Shown here piece after piece: positions 8,891 to 17,946 of a stretch of DNA of 30,178 nt (the stretch's first letter is position 1; every line of letters starts with the position of its first letter). Location: the UHGV virus genome UHGV-0037346; one strand, given 5' to 3'. The DNA comes from a virus. The notes under the pieces are model-generated. The model did not search any database, had not been told where the DNA came from, and saw nothing but the letters and a program-made list of their open reading frames with translations. Both the position numbers and the translations under genes were made by a program.

Positions 8891-10404
8891 TTACGCATAC
8901 TCCATAACAATAACCACACCCGCAGAGCCATTACCGCCATTAACGTTTTGATTTCCACTGATTGTTGCCGCGCCATTACCACCCGCACCATACCCACCAG
9001 GGCCAGAAATAAAGCTGCCGCCGCCAAGACCGGAACCTACAGTCCCTCCGACTGCTGTTGGGGTTGCCATCACACCGGGTAGCCCGGCGTACCCGTTGCA
9101 CAAAATGGCACCCACGGTCGAAGTGCCACCCTGACCGCCCATGCCACATGACGCAGAGGAGCCTGACGCAGTGCAGCCGTTGCCTGGCTGGCCTCCACTT
9201 GCTGAGAGATAAGAGCCAAAAGTCGTCGTACCACCCTGCGTGCCATTGGTCATCGTCGAGGCAATACCGCCATTACCACCCGCACCAATCGTGACAAGCA
9301 CGGTTGATATTGCAGACAGGTTAAAGAGACCACGTGCCATTCCGCCGCCACCGCCACCACCACCCGCGGCGTTATAGTTTCCTGTGGAAGTTGCCCATCC
9401 GCCGCCCNNNNNNNNNNGTTATAGTTTACTGTGGAAGTTGCCCATCCGCCGCCCCCACCGCCCCCAATAGCGATGACATCCGCGAACATTGCTCCGGGAG
9501 TTTTGGTGTAAGTGCCAGACGTCTTGATTATCTGCATGCCAATCAGACGACCGACTGCGCCGTTATTTACTAAACCAAGGTATGCGAGAAGACCGGCAAC
9601 ATCCTTTCCACTCAAATGAGTCAGCGTATTGTCCAGCGGTTGTTTACCTGCCAGCGCATTGTTAATGGTGGTGCTGAATTTCGGGTCATTGTTAATGGCT
9701 GCGGCAATTTCTTTCAGTGTGTCCAGCGTGGCAGGCGCACCATTAATCAGAGCGGTAATAGCAGCCTGTACAAACGCAGTGGTCGCAATCCGCGTGGTGT
9801 TATTTCCTGCATCAGGAGTCGGCGCTTTTGGTTCTCCGGTAAATGTCGGATTATGTTTCTGTGCATACTGGGTATGAGGATCCTGTGCGGCAATGTGGTT
9901 TCTCATCTGGTCATCCACATACAGCCTTAATTCCAGGACTTCATCATCCACGTATTTACGGGTCGCCAGTACCACCGACGGGTCGATTTTCAGCGTGATG
10001 GCTTCGGTATTCGTGACAACCAGAATCATGCGGATAGTCTGGGTACGACCACTGCCTTCCTGCAACTGCGGTTTGTACGTTTCCGGGCAGTTCGCCACCG
10101 CAATGAGTACGCCTTCATCATCATAAAGCCCAATCTCACGGATCCAGAATCCGCCCTCGTTCTCAGGGATGATTTGCTCCGCAATAATCTGGCTCTGGTT
10201 GTTCGGGTCAACACTCAGAAGATTCAGCGGCGCGATGCGTTTCTGGTTAATCAGTTTTGTCTGTGCCGGGTCTGGTGTCGGCAAGACACCATTCGCATCA
10301 CCAACGGCCATTTGCGTCAGATTCAGCTTACTGCCGAGCATCGTCGCGTTAGCCAGCCGTGCTGCGCCCTGATTAGTCAGAATGGCGTAGTATTTCACTG
10401 TCAT
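8891..10404 (-). CDS. H: Tail fibre protein (P2 gpH-like), interrupted by assembly gap
   Basis: N-terminal ~150 aa resemble the P2 H N-terminal domain (…MAVGDANG…GGFWIREIGLYDDEGVLIAVAN…YKPQLQEGSGRTQ…); Gly-rich C-terminal part (8891-9340) joins in frame when read through the repeat downstream of the N-run; the reading frame on either side of the 10-N gap differs, so the true length is unknown. Confidence 0.7.
9408..9417. other. Assembly gap (10 N) inside tail fibre gene
   Basis: Run of n characters; flanked by a ~37-bp direct repeat (9371-9407 and 9418-9454, one mismatch). Confidence 0.95.
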
Positions 10405-11012
10405 GCGTTTACTCTCAGGTTATCAATTAAATGAATGGCCGAGGCCGGGAAATAATCCCCTCCGACAATAATGGCCTCCGGGGTGTAGGGATAAACCGTC
10501 AGGGCGTCACCGTGATAGCATCCCGCACCGGCAAAAATGTTGCCGGTTGTACTTAAACTGATAGCCAGTCCCGTCAGATGGCGGCTTGCCGGTTTTGCAT
10601 CAGCAACGAGGCGCTCCAGCTCCTGATACATTTCCTCGGTAATACCCTGCTCAAGCACGCCAACAACGATGCGGAACGTCCCCGGCTCCTCGTTGAGTTG
10701 CCACCACTCCCTCACCTCAATCAGATAGCCGAGCGGCTCCACCACACGCCGGATTGCGCCTATAGTGCCCTTATGGCAGTGAATGAAATACGCATCGCGG
10801 ATAACAGCGCGTTTTGTCGCTTCCGGCCACTTATCATCCCAGCGGTCAACCGAAAATGACCACGCCAGCCACGGCAGCAGATTTGCCGGGCAGGTGTCCG
10901 GGTTCCACAGCTCACGAATACTGACCGGTGTTTTTTCAATTTCCGCACAGGCTTTTGCAGCAGCGACTTCAAGCGGTGATGAGCCGGTCGGCAGCAGTCG
11001 CGAATCACTCAT
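10401..11012 (-). CDS. I: Baseplate/tail protein I (P2 gpI family)
   Basis: 203-aa ORF between J and H; stop overlaps H start. Confidence 0.8.
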   Translation of the reverse strand: MSDSRLLPTGSSPLEVAAAKACAEIEKTPVSIRELWNPDTCPANLLPWLAWSFSVDRWDDKWPEATKRAVIRDAYFIHCHKGTIGAIRRVVEPLGYLIEVREWWQLNEEPGTFRIVVGVLEQGITEEMYQELERLVADAKPASRHLTGLAISLSTTGNIFAGAGCYHGDALTVYPYTPEAIIVGGDYFPASAIHLIDNLRVNA

Positions 11013-11913
11013 CCGAGCCTCCGGTCACGACGCGGTATTCGGTACAGAAAGACGCCTGCGTACTGTTGAGCACGATGTCGGCCAGTGGTGAAGCCAGTTC
11101 AACACGCTGCACGCCTTCCACATGCAAAGCGGCATAAATGGCAGACAGACGGATGTCACGCCCCAGCCGGTGCTGTGCCGTGATGTACGCTTCCAGTTTT
11201 TTCACGGCGGCAGCGCGTATGGGTTCGCTTTCGGGACCAGGGTAAAGGTAAAGCGTGGCGTTTATCTGGTATTCAACGATGGCGGCAGACTGCACGGTCA
11301 CGCGGTCGGCCACCGGCCTGACGTCCTCGCCATTAAGGGCGTTACGCACCACAGCCAGCAGGTCTTCGGATGCGACGCCGTTATTTTCACGTGACAGCAC
11401 AGAGATGGTGACGCAGGCCGGAGACGGACTGGTGACAGAAATATCCGCGACACGCCCGTCAGCACTGCGACCATGATACTGATAGGCTCCCACCGACCCG
11501 GCGACGCTTAAGCCCTCAAACGCCTGCTGAATACGCAGACGATAATCGGTGTCAGACTCCATCACTGCCGGTGTCGGCGGGATAGTCGAATCATCTGCCG
11601 GGGTGATAATCAGGCGCGTGGTGTTGTAATTGGCACCAATCACATCAAGGTCATTACCGGCGGCACAGGCCAGCATCACCGCCCGTGCGGCCTCATTCAC
11701 ACGCTGACGCCAGATAAGCTCACGATAAGCGTTTTCTTCCAGCAGTTTGACGAGAGGCTCGGATTCCAGCGTCAGGGTACGGGCGACCGCCTCCTGCTGG
11801 TCTTCCGGGTAAAGGGAAATCAGTGTCGCCTTGCGTTCGGCAAGAATGGTTTCAAAGTCCAGCTCCTCGATCACATCCGGTGCGGGTAGCTGGTTCAGGT
11901 CGATAATCGGCAT
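11005..11913 (-). CDS. J: Baseplate assembly protein J
   Basis: 302-aa ORF, same size as P2 gpJ, between W and I. Confidence 0.88.
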   Translation of the reverse strand: MPIIDLNQLPAPDVIEELDFETILAERKATLISLYPEDQQEAVARTLTLESEPLVKLLEENAYRELIWRQRVNEAARAVMLACAAGNDLDVIGANYNTTRLIITPADDSTIPPTPAVMESDTDYRLRIQQAFEGLSVAGSVGAYQYHGRSADGRVADISVTSPSPACVTISVLSRENNGVASEDLLAVVRNALNGEDVRPVADRVTVQSAAIVEYQINATLYLYPGPESEPIRAAAVKKLEAYITAQHRLGRDIRLSAIYAALHVEGVQRVELASPLADIVLNSTQASFCTEYRVVTGGSDE

Positions 11914-11917
11914 GGTT

Positions 11918-12265
11918 TCAACTCACAGGGATGGTTAACGAAAGTGGCTGGCCGGTGTCGTTGTGCTGGCCGGTTAACGTGACCGTCATTCGCCCGTCAA
12001 AACTGCGCGCCGTGGTGACAGATGACAGGGTGACGCGAGGTTCCCATTTCAGCACCGCCATGTAACAGGCGACCTTAATCTGCAACTCAAGCGCCGGGGT
12101 CTGCGGCTGGTCAATCATTGATGCCAGCAACGAGCCGTAATCACGACGCATCACCCGTGAGCCGACCGGTGTGCGCAGGATATCGCCGATACTCTGGCTG
12201 ATATGCTCAAGGTCAGTGACCGTCAGGCCATCACTGCGATTCATTCCGAGATAACGCGCAGTCAT
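11918..12265 (-). CDS. W: Baseplate protein W
   Basis: 115-aa ORF, same size and position as P2 gpW. Confidence 0.85.
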   Translation of the reverse strand: MTARYLGMNRSDGLTVTDLEHISQSIGDILRTPVGSRVMRRDYGSLLASMIDQPQTPALELQIKVACYMAVLKWEPRVTLSSVTTARSFDGRMTVTLTGQHNDTGQPLSLTIPVS

Positions 12266-12897
12266 AGAGGTCCCCCTGTTGTGCCGCCACTGTCGCCGGG
12301 GTGTTTATGGGTATGCAGTACCTTACCGTTTGATGAGAGTTCACCGCCGGTGTGTTCAATGTTGCCGCGCATCGTCCCGCCCTTCTGCACTTCCAGCGTG
12401 CCGGTAATCAGCCTGTTGGTGCAGACCACCTCCGGTGCGTCCATGGTGATGCGGGTTGATGCTTTCACCATGACCACCGGCACCGTGGCAGTAACAGAAT
12501 CAGAAGCCGTCACGCTGACCGTTTTAATTCCGCTTACCATGAGTGCACTGGTTTCGGGTTCATACTCAATCACCGCCCCGTCAGGGAAACGGATATGCAG
12601 GGCATCCGCCGACGCAGACGGCGCGGGGTTATCACCGGAATAAATCCCCGGCAGAACAAACGCCGTGTCAAGTTCACCGCCCACGGCCAGAATCAGCACC
12701 TGTTCCCCCACGGAAGGTGCCCACCATGTACGCGAACGCCCGGCACGATGGGTCAACCACTGAAGCCAGTCGGTGCACATGCCGCCGGTCTGCACACGGC
12801 AGCGACCGGCGTTAAGGTCGGTTTCGACGATAACGCCGGTGCGAATCATATTGCGCAGTGCGCGCGCGAGTTCCTGAATATTTGCGAGAGTGTTCAT
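12262..12897 (-). CDS. V: Baseplate spike/assembly protein V
   Basis: Start taken at internal Met (MNTLANIQELARALRNM…), giving 211 aa, matching P2 gpV; ORF track start is 12933. Confidence 0.85.
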   Translation of the reverse strand: MNTLANIQELARALRNMIRTGVIVETDLNAGRCRVQTGGMCTDWLQWLTHRAGRSRTWWAPSVGEQVLILAVGGELDTAFVLPGIYSGDNPAPSASADALHIRFPDGAVIEYEPETSALMVSGIKTVSVTASDSVTATVPVVMVKASTRITMDAPEVVCTNRLITGTLEVQKGGTMRGNIEHTGGELSSNGKVLHTHKHPGDSGGTTGGPL

Positions 12898-12974
12898 AAC
12901 GGAAAGGATGCCGCTGGACGATACCAGCAGCAATCATGGAGGGTTCTGTCAGCTGTGACACAACATAACAAATA

Positions 12975-13730
12975 TTAGTTGTAGCACTTCTCTATAATCT
13001 TCATACACTCCTCATGAGCTAAATCATGGCTGTCAAATTCTTTATTAAAAAAGAAGAAAAACGCCTTCTTAACCTGAGGAATTTCAATAAAAATAAATTC
13101 ATCAACCTTATGAAAGAAATGAAAACTCTTGTTTGATGTTTCAAAAACCATCAAAGAATTATGTTTTTTATCCTTCCATTTCGACATCAGATTGCGTCGC
13201 GATTTTCGTATAATCCTGAAGACATCCCCCGGCGTCGTATCGACATTCCCCCAAAACATTGCAACCGGGAAGTTTGCAAGAAACGGGATATAATCACCAC
13301 CTTTATACCTGAGAAAGCGGTTCCGCAAATCCATTAATTGCAACTTAAAACCCATGTATTGCAACCACCATATGATGCAATCATACTCATAATCTGTTAA
13401 CTCCTCCCCTCTCTTTTCCGTAAGAAATTTCTTCAGGTTATACTCAAACACTCCCAGCAAATCAGAATTGCACACTCTGCATGCTGGTACAGTGGCTTTA
13501 ATGTAATGAGTTGACTGATTATTCTTTTTATTAATTAAAGATTTTTCAGCATTTGACTCAAAGGCCCACTGAGGAATAATGTGCTCACGAGTAATATCGT
13601 CAGAACTCCCGCATAACACACATATATCAGCATTATGGTCAGCAATAATACAATCCATAACTTTCTTTTGAGAATGCTTTACTCTTTTTCTCAAAATGGA
13701 AAACTTTTTATCCACAAACACCCGTCTCAT
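12975..13730 (-). CDS. HNH-motif protein, AT-rich cargo at the S-V (P2 orf30) locus
   Basis: 251-aa ORF in clearly AT-rich DNA; motif C-VL-C…REHIIPQW…N…C-RV-CN matches the HNH (beta-beta-alpha-metal) signature; start ATG overlaps S stop (13727-13730). Confidence 0.6.
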   Translation of the reverse strand: MRRVFVDKKFSILRKRVKHSQKKVMDCIIADHNADICVLCGSSDDITREHIIPQWAFESNAEKSLINKKNNQSTHYIKATVPACRVCNSDLLGVFEYNLKKFLTEKRGEELTDYEYDCIIWWLQYMGFKLQLMDLRNRFLRYKGGDYIPFLANFPVAMFWGNVDTTPGDVFRIIRKSRRNLMSKWKDKKHNSLMVFETSNKSFHFFHKVDEFIFIEIPQVKKAFFFFFNKEFDSHDLAHEECMKIIEKCYN

Positions 13731-14185
13731 ATAACATCTTTCGATAGAATCACTAATAACTCCCTTTCTATCAATTGTATAGATTCCTTGTCAAAACCAA
13801 ATAACTCACGAACAGGATATTCCACCACAGCACTATTACGCCCCGGCTTATCCCTAAGCCCTAATTGATGTACTCGCGCAATTCGTTGTACTCCGCTGGC
13901 AAACGCCACCACCGCCGCACTCTCGCTACCTGTTGCTTTCATAAACCGGTTAGTGCGTAATTTCACAAACATTTCCCGCTTTATCCGGCCTTTCTTATTT
14001 CGTACTGGTTGGTTTTTTCTCGGTACATACGGCGTACCATCCGGGGCTTTTTGTAATTTAATTCGCTGCTGCTGGCGCTGGCGCAGCTTCTTCGCAATAT
14101 CTACCGCCAGTCGCCGACGCCCTGACGTTGACAGCGATTCAATCAGTCCGGTCAGACGGTCTTCAAAACACTTAAACTCATTCAT
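13727..14185 (-). CDS. S: Tail completion / virion morphogenesis protein S
   Basis: 152-aa ORF directly after R; size and position match P2 gpS. Confidence 0.78.
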   Translation of the reverse strand: MNEFKCFEDRLTGLIESLSTSGRRRLAVDIAKKLRQRQQQRIKLQKAPDGTPYVPRKNQPVRNKKGRIKREMFVKLRTNRFMKATGSESAAVVAFASGVQRIARVHQLGLRDKPGRNSAVVEYPVRELFGFDKESIQLIERELLVILSKDVI

Positions 14186-14645
14186 CCCACTTACTCACCA
14201 GTTCACCATTGATATAAAGCTCCATCGGGCGGGTGACCGGCTCCGGCGGCGGGGGTTCCGGGATATTCTTCACATGCAGTGCGCCGTCCACCTCACTGAC
14301 CAGCGTGCGCTCGGTCAGCATCAGGCTGATGCTGATATCAAAGCTGCTGTCATTGTTGATGTCTGCATAAAACGTGAAGCCCTTTTTCTGGCCTGCGTCG
14401 GTGGTCATGATGTCGGGCTGATTTTCCCGCAGCCACGCCAGCACCGGCACGATGAGCAGGTCAAAATCACCGGTAAAGTCGGTCACAATGACATTGAGCG
14501 TGTAACGCTTTTCGAATGACAACGACGCCGCCAGTGTGGAGGCAATACTCCCGTTATCCACGAATATCCGCAGCATATCGGGGTTAGTTTTCAGCACCGT
14601 GACGGCATCAGTCAGCGCCCTGCGCAGGCTGTCGGGTTTGAGCAT
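14178..14645 (-). CDS. R: Tail completion protein R
   Basis: 155-aa ORF, same size as P2 gpR, downstream of lysis genes. Confidence 0.8.
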   Translation of the reverse strand: MLKPDSLRRALTDAVTVLKTNPDMLRIFVDNGSIASTLAASLSFEKRYTLNVIVTDFTGDFDLLIVPVLAWLRENQPDIMTTDAGQKKGFTFYADINNDSSFDISISLMLTERTLVSEVDGALHVKNIPEPPPPEPVTRPMELYINGELVSKWDE

Positions 14646-14898
14646 CGTTTTCGTCCTGACAGTGTTTAATCATTTTTACCTGGCTGGCACAGCGTGCCAG
14701 CGCGTTCTCAAGCTGCCGGATATCGGCACTTAAATCGCCGTTCGTCTGCGGGTCACTGCCCGGCATCGGGCAAAGGCTCACTTTCGGGCAGGCGTTGTGG
14801 ACAATCACTGGCGTCGGTGCAGGCCGGGCGCTGGTGCAACCGGCGCACAGCATCAGGCAGGCCAGCGCCGTACCAGCGGCGAAAATCTTCGTTTTCAT
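14608..14898 (-). CDS. lysC: o-spanin lipoprotein LysC (Rz1-like), nested
   Basis: Internal ATG at 14898 preceded by GAGG; MKTKIFAAGTALACLMLCAGC lipoprotein signal with lipobox; 96 aa; lies out of frame within 3' part of lysB and overlaps R start. Confidence 0.65.
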   Translation of the reverse strand: MKTKIFAAGTALACLMLCAGCTSARPAPTPVIVHNACPKVSLCPMPGSDPQTNGDLSADIRQLENALARCASQVKMIKHCQDENDAQTRQPAQGAD

Positions 14899-15178
14899 TG
14901 AGTAACCTCGTGATGGTTTTCTCGCGCTGTGCTTCACGCTTCGCGGCGTTTTCCAGTTCCTGACGCAGTGCCACCTGCGCCAGCTCGTTTTTGTCTGCCC
15001 TGGTGAGTGCAACATGAAGCTGGTTTTTCAGCATGGTGATGGTCGTCTGCTGTTCACTGGCGACGTTGTTCGCCCTGTCCAGCGATGCGCGCAGGCTGGC
15101 GTTTTCATGCTTCGCCAGAAACAGCCCCGCCACCGCCAGCGATAACAACACAACCAGCACAATCATCAGCTTTGACAT
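14753..15178 (-). CDS. lysB: i-spanin LysB (Rz-like)
   Basis: 141 aa; N-terminal TM helix (IVLVVLLSLAVAGLFLA) followed by coiled-coil, Pro-rich C-terminus; position after lysA. Confidence 0.75.
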   Translation of the reverse strand: MSKLMIVLVVLLSLAVAGLFLAKHENASLRASLDRANNVASEQQTTITMLKNQLHVALTRADKNELAQVALRQELENAAKREAQREKTITRLLNENEDFRRWYGAGLPDAVRRLHQRPACTDASDCPQRLPESEPLPDAGQ

Positions 15179-15591
15179 GGTTCCCGCCCCTCAAGACGTT
15201 GACGGCAGGCCGTACGTATCAGCCGGAAGAACACCGACGCCACGAGATAAATCAGCGCGGTAAAAATCCACCCGGCGGCGACCAGCGAGATAAATGTCGC
15301 CACCATCACCACCAGAGCCGCCGCCCGTCTGCACCACGGCACCGGCTGCAAAAACAGCGACATGACAATCTTCACGGCCAGCGACTCCGGTGGCAGCTCC
15401 CGCCCGTAGCGTTCCAGCACATACTCAGTGGCATACACCCCGACACCACCGGCAACCACACAGATAACCGTCGCCAGAATCGCCCAGGCGGCGACAAAAT
15501 TGACGGCCACGCTCTTCGGGTAAATCAGGGACAGTGCCAGCATCAGCGCCAGCGACACGTTCAGCATCAGTGAAAGGGATAATTTCTTCAT
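15166..15591 (-). CDS. lysA: Lysis timing membrane protein LysA
   Basis: 141-aa multi-TM ORF between endolysin and lysB; same size as P2 LysA. Confidence 0.72.
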   Translation of the reverse strand: MKKLSLSLMLNVSLALMLALSLIYPKSVAVNFVAAWAILATVICVVAGGVGVYATEYVLERYGRELPPESLAVKIVMSLFLQPVPWCRRAAALVVMVATFISLVAAGWIFTALIYLVASVFFRLIRTACRQRLEGREPCQS

Positions 15592-15605
15592 GGTGTTTAC
15601 TCCGT

Positions 15606-16103
15606 TTAAGCCGGTACGCCGCCAGCGGTACGCCAGACGGTGACCAGTTTTTCCAGTGAATGCTCACGCTGACCGTAACCGGCACCCGGCAGGGACGCCC
15701 AGATATTGCGACAGCGTGAAATGGCGCGCTCAATGCGTCCCGCCCGGATGTCATCCAGTGCACCGCGTTCGCGGATCAACTGAATGGCGAGCCTGTCCTG
15801 TGACAACGGACTGAAATCCGGCAGGGCAAGCTGTTTGCGGTAATGCGGCCAGAACAGGTAAAGCTGCTGATAGCGACCGGAGGCCGTGGATTTTTCACCG
15901 CGACGGTTAAACACCTTCGCCGGTCGGCCATGCGCGAACGGGTGGTCACTGTAGTCGGTGAAAATTTCCGGCTTTCCGTCCAGTCCGGTGACTATCACGT
16001 CATAGCCCCGGTTTTTCGTCAGCGGATGATTCGCCGTCCCTTCGGACACGGCCAGCATGTCGAGAAAGGCGGCGATATTCTGATGCGTGTTAATTACCGG
16101 CAT
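15606..16103 (-). CDS. K: Endolysin (P2 gpK family)
   Basis: 165-aa ORF following holin; …DMLAVSEGT… catalytic-region-like motif; size matches P2 K. Confidence 0.82.
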   Translation of the reverse strand: MPVINTHQNIAAFLDMLAVSEGTANHPLTKNRGYDVIVTGLDGKPEIFTDYSDHPFAHGRPAKVFNRRGEKSTASGRYQQLYLFWPHYRKQLALPDFSPLSQDRLAIQLIRERGALDDIRAGRIERAISRCRNIWASLPGAGYGQREHSLEKLVTVWRTAGGVPA

Positions 16104-16384
16104 TACGGTTTCCCCCTGCCCTTAAAGCGGCGCTGAATGGCAATCTCAATCACCTGATAACCGGCGATACCCAGCATGGAGCCGATGCCGCACACCGCAG
16201 GCAGTGACAGGTCAGGAAACTGCACCAGAACAACACCGGCAACCATCGAGACAAAACCACCGAGTAACATGCGCCCGATAAACAGACGCGGGGTGATGGG
16301 TTCACCACCGGCAAGCACCTTGCCGACAACAATCAGCACCCCAATCATGAAAAGCGACAGGACGCTTTTTTCTTCTGCTGTCAT
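16103..16384 (-). CDS. Y: Holin (P2 gpY family)
   Basis: 93-aa ORF with several hydrophobic helices and charged C-terminus, immediately upstream of endolysin. Confidence 0.8.
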   Translation of the reverse strand: MTAEEKSVLSLFMIGVLIVVGKVLAGGEPITPRLFIGRMLLGGFVSMVAGVVLVQFPDLSLPAVCGIGSMLGIAGYQVIEIAIQRRFKGRGKP

Positions 16385-16387
16385 GCG

Positions 16388-16591
16388 TTACTCCCACAGA
16401 TTGACAGTTTCAGCCACGGGCGCGGTCTGAACGTCGGGCAGTTCGACGGCGGTGCCGTGCGGCAGCACCGCACCCAGTTCAGCCAGTCCCGGATTTGCGG
16501 CGAGCACGGCCTCGACCACGCCCTCAGTGCGCCCGTAATACCGGACACAGATGGCGTCGAGCGTGTCGCCCTGTAGCGCAAAGGTCTTCAT
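16388..16591 (-). CDS. X: Tail protein X (LysM-domain)
   Basis: 67-aa product from ATG at 16591 (MKTFALQGDTLDAICVRYYG… LysM-like); start overlaps L stop (TGATG). Confidence 0.75.
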   Translation of the reverse strand: MKTFALQGDTLDAICVRYYGRTEGVVEAVLAANPGLAELGAVLPHGTAVELPDVQTAPVAETVNLWE

Positions 16592-17100
16592 CAGATTTGA
16601 CTCACAATGCAGCGCGGCTTGTCCTGGATTCGCGCCACTGCCCAGCGCATATCCCGCCACAGCTCATCAATGGTGCTGTCAATGCTGTCGGCCTTCTTGT
16701 CGCCTTTGGCACTGGCATCCACGCCGCGATAACGCTCATAAAGCGACGCGGTCGCCATCGCACACACGGCGCGCTCGTAGTAAAAAACTTTGATGCTTTC
16801 ACCGTCGATGTCGTCCGCCGGGACTTCCGCCAGACGCGTAAAACCGGCGGCAATTTTCTGTTCGCGGTACTCGTACAGCTCCGCATTCGTCTCCGCCATG
16901 CCTGACTTGATGGCCTCACGTAGACGGGCGGGGGCGACGGTCTGCTCAAGGCGCATACGTTCCCGGACGCGCTTCGGGTCGATATCGGGAAAAAAGAACG
17001 TGTTTTTAATCACCGGCTCGTCGCCTGCCGGTTGCGGGATGACCACCGTACCCTCACCGGACACGGGAGCCTCCTTTCGCGGAATAATCAGCGTCATCAT
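16591..17100 (-). CDS. L: Head completion/stabilization protein L
   Basis: Start at internal MMTLIIPRKEAP gives 169 aa, matching P2 gpL; ORF track start is 17160. Confidence 0.85.
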   Translation of the reverse strand: MMTLIIPRKEAPVSGEGTVVIPQPAGDEPVIKNTFFFPDIDPKRVRERMRLEQTVAPARLREAIKSGMAETNAELYEYREQKIAAGFTRLAEVPADDIDGESIKVFYYERAVCAMATASLYERYRGVDASAKGDKKADSIDSTIDELWRDMRWAVARIQDKPRCIVSQI

Positions 17101-17199
17101 GACTACCTCTGAAAAGTCGGGCGGTGGACGCCGGTGCAGTGTCAGGTGATTCACCCTCACTGACCGGCGTGCCGCCCTGGCGCGGGGCGCATTCGGTTG

Positions 17200-17943
17200 T
17201 TAACTGGCTTTCTTTTTCGGGCGTCCACGTTTTGCCGGTGTCACGCTCCGGGTCTTACGCGGGGCGCGGGTGGCCGCTTTGGGCTGCGGCTCCGGCTTCG
17301 GTTTCAGCTCCCGCTCCAGTCGTTCAATCTCTTTTTTGACGCCTGCCTGACAGTCGAGCTGTGTCGCACGTTGCAGGTGCGCCAGCGCACCTGCGGCATC
17401 ACCACCGTCACGCAGAAACAGACCGGTGATTTTGTGCAGCTTTGCGCGCACTTCATCAGGCATGTCAGCCGTGGCGGTCAGTTCAAGGGTGTCCGTCAGC
17501 AGGCGGGGATCCACAGACTCACCGGCAGCGTGAGCGCGCATGGCCGCAAGCGCCACCTCCTCGGTGAACATGTACGGCGGGGTGCGGCGGTGTTTCCCCG
17601 GCATGGTCAGACCATACTTCAGGGCATAACGGGCAATCTCCAGCGCACCGGCAATATCGCCGGTATCCAGACGCCACAGCATGACCGTCATCAGAATGTC
17701 ATCCTGTGCACCTTTGCCCTGCTCCAGCACGCCGTTCACCCACGGCAACCAGAACGGCAGCAGTTCGCGTTTTTTCGCGGCCTTCAGCTCTTTTGAATAA
17801 ATCGCTTTCAGTGTGCGCTGGTCTGCGGCGAGCTTAACCAGCATCTGCTCATAGACAGTTGCATGTCGCAGCGGGGCGGCTTCCCGCTGCGCGGTCATCG
17901 CTGCCGAGACCCGCATCATGTGGCGCTGTGCGGGACTCGTCAT
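17200..17943 (-). CDS. M: Terminase endonuclease (small) subunit M
   Basis: 247-aa ORF, same size as P2 gpM; basic Lys/Arg-rich C-terminal tail. Confidence 0.85.
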   Translation of the reverse strand: MTSPAQRHMMRVSAAMTAQREAAPLRHATVYEQMLVKLAADQRTLKAIYSKELKAAKKRELLPFWLPWVNGVLEQGKGAQDDILMTVMLWRLDTGDIAGALEIARYALKYGLTMPGKHRRTPPYMFTEEVALAAMRAHAAGESVDPRLLTDTLELTATADMPDEVRAKLHKITGLFLRDGGDAAGALAHLQRATQLDCQAGVKKEIERLERELKPKPEPQPKAATRAPRKTRSVTPAKRGRPKKKAS

Positions 17944-17946
17944 CGG

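Noticed and set aside
9408-9417. Run of N as a biological feature
   Set aside because: It is an assembly/scaffold gap, not sequence; only the flanking repeat is informative.
6412-10404. Mu/P1-style invertible tail-fibre G/C segment driven by the invertase
   Set aside because: No alternative fibre C-terminus/Tfa pair on the opposite strand; the only plus-strand gene is the acyltransferase; I could not find a symmetric pair of recombination sites by eye.
13953-14519. 188-aa plus-strand ORF spanning S and R
   Set aside because: Antisense to two conserved, translationally coupled late genes; Arg/Cys-rich composition consistent with a spurious frame.
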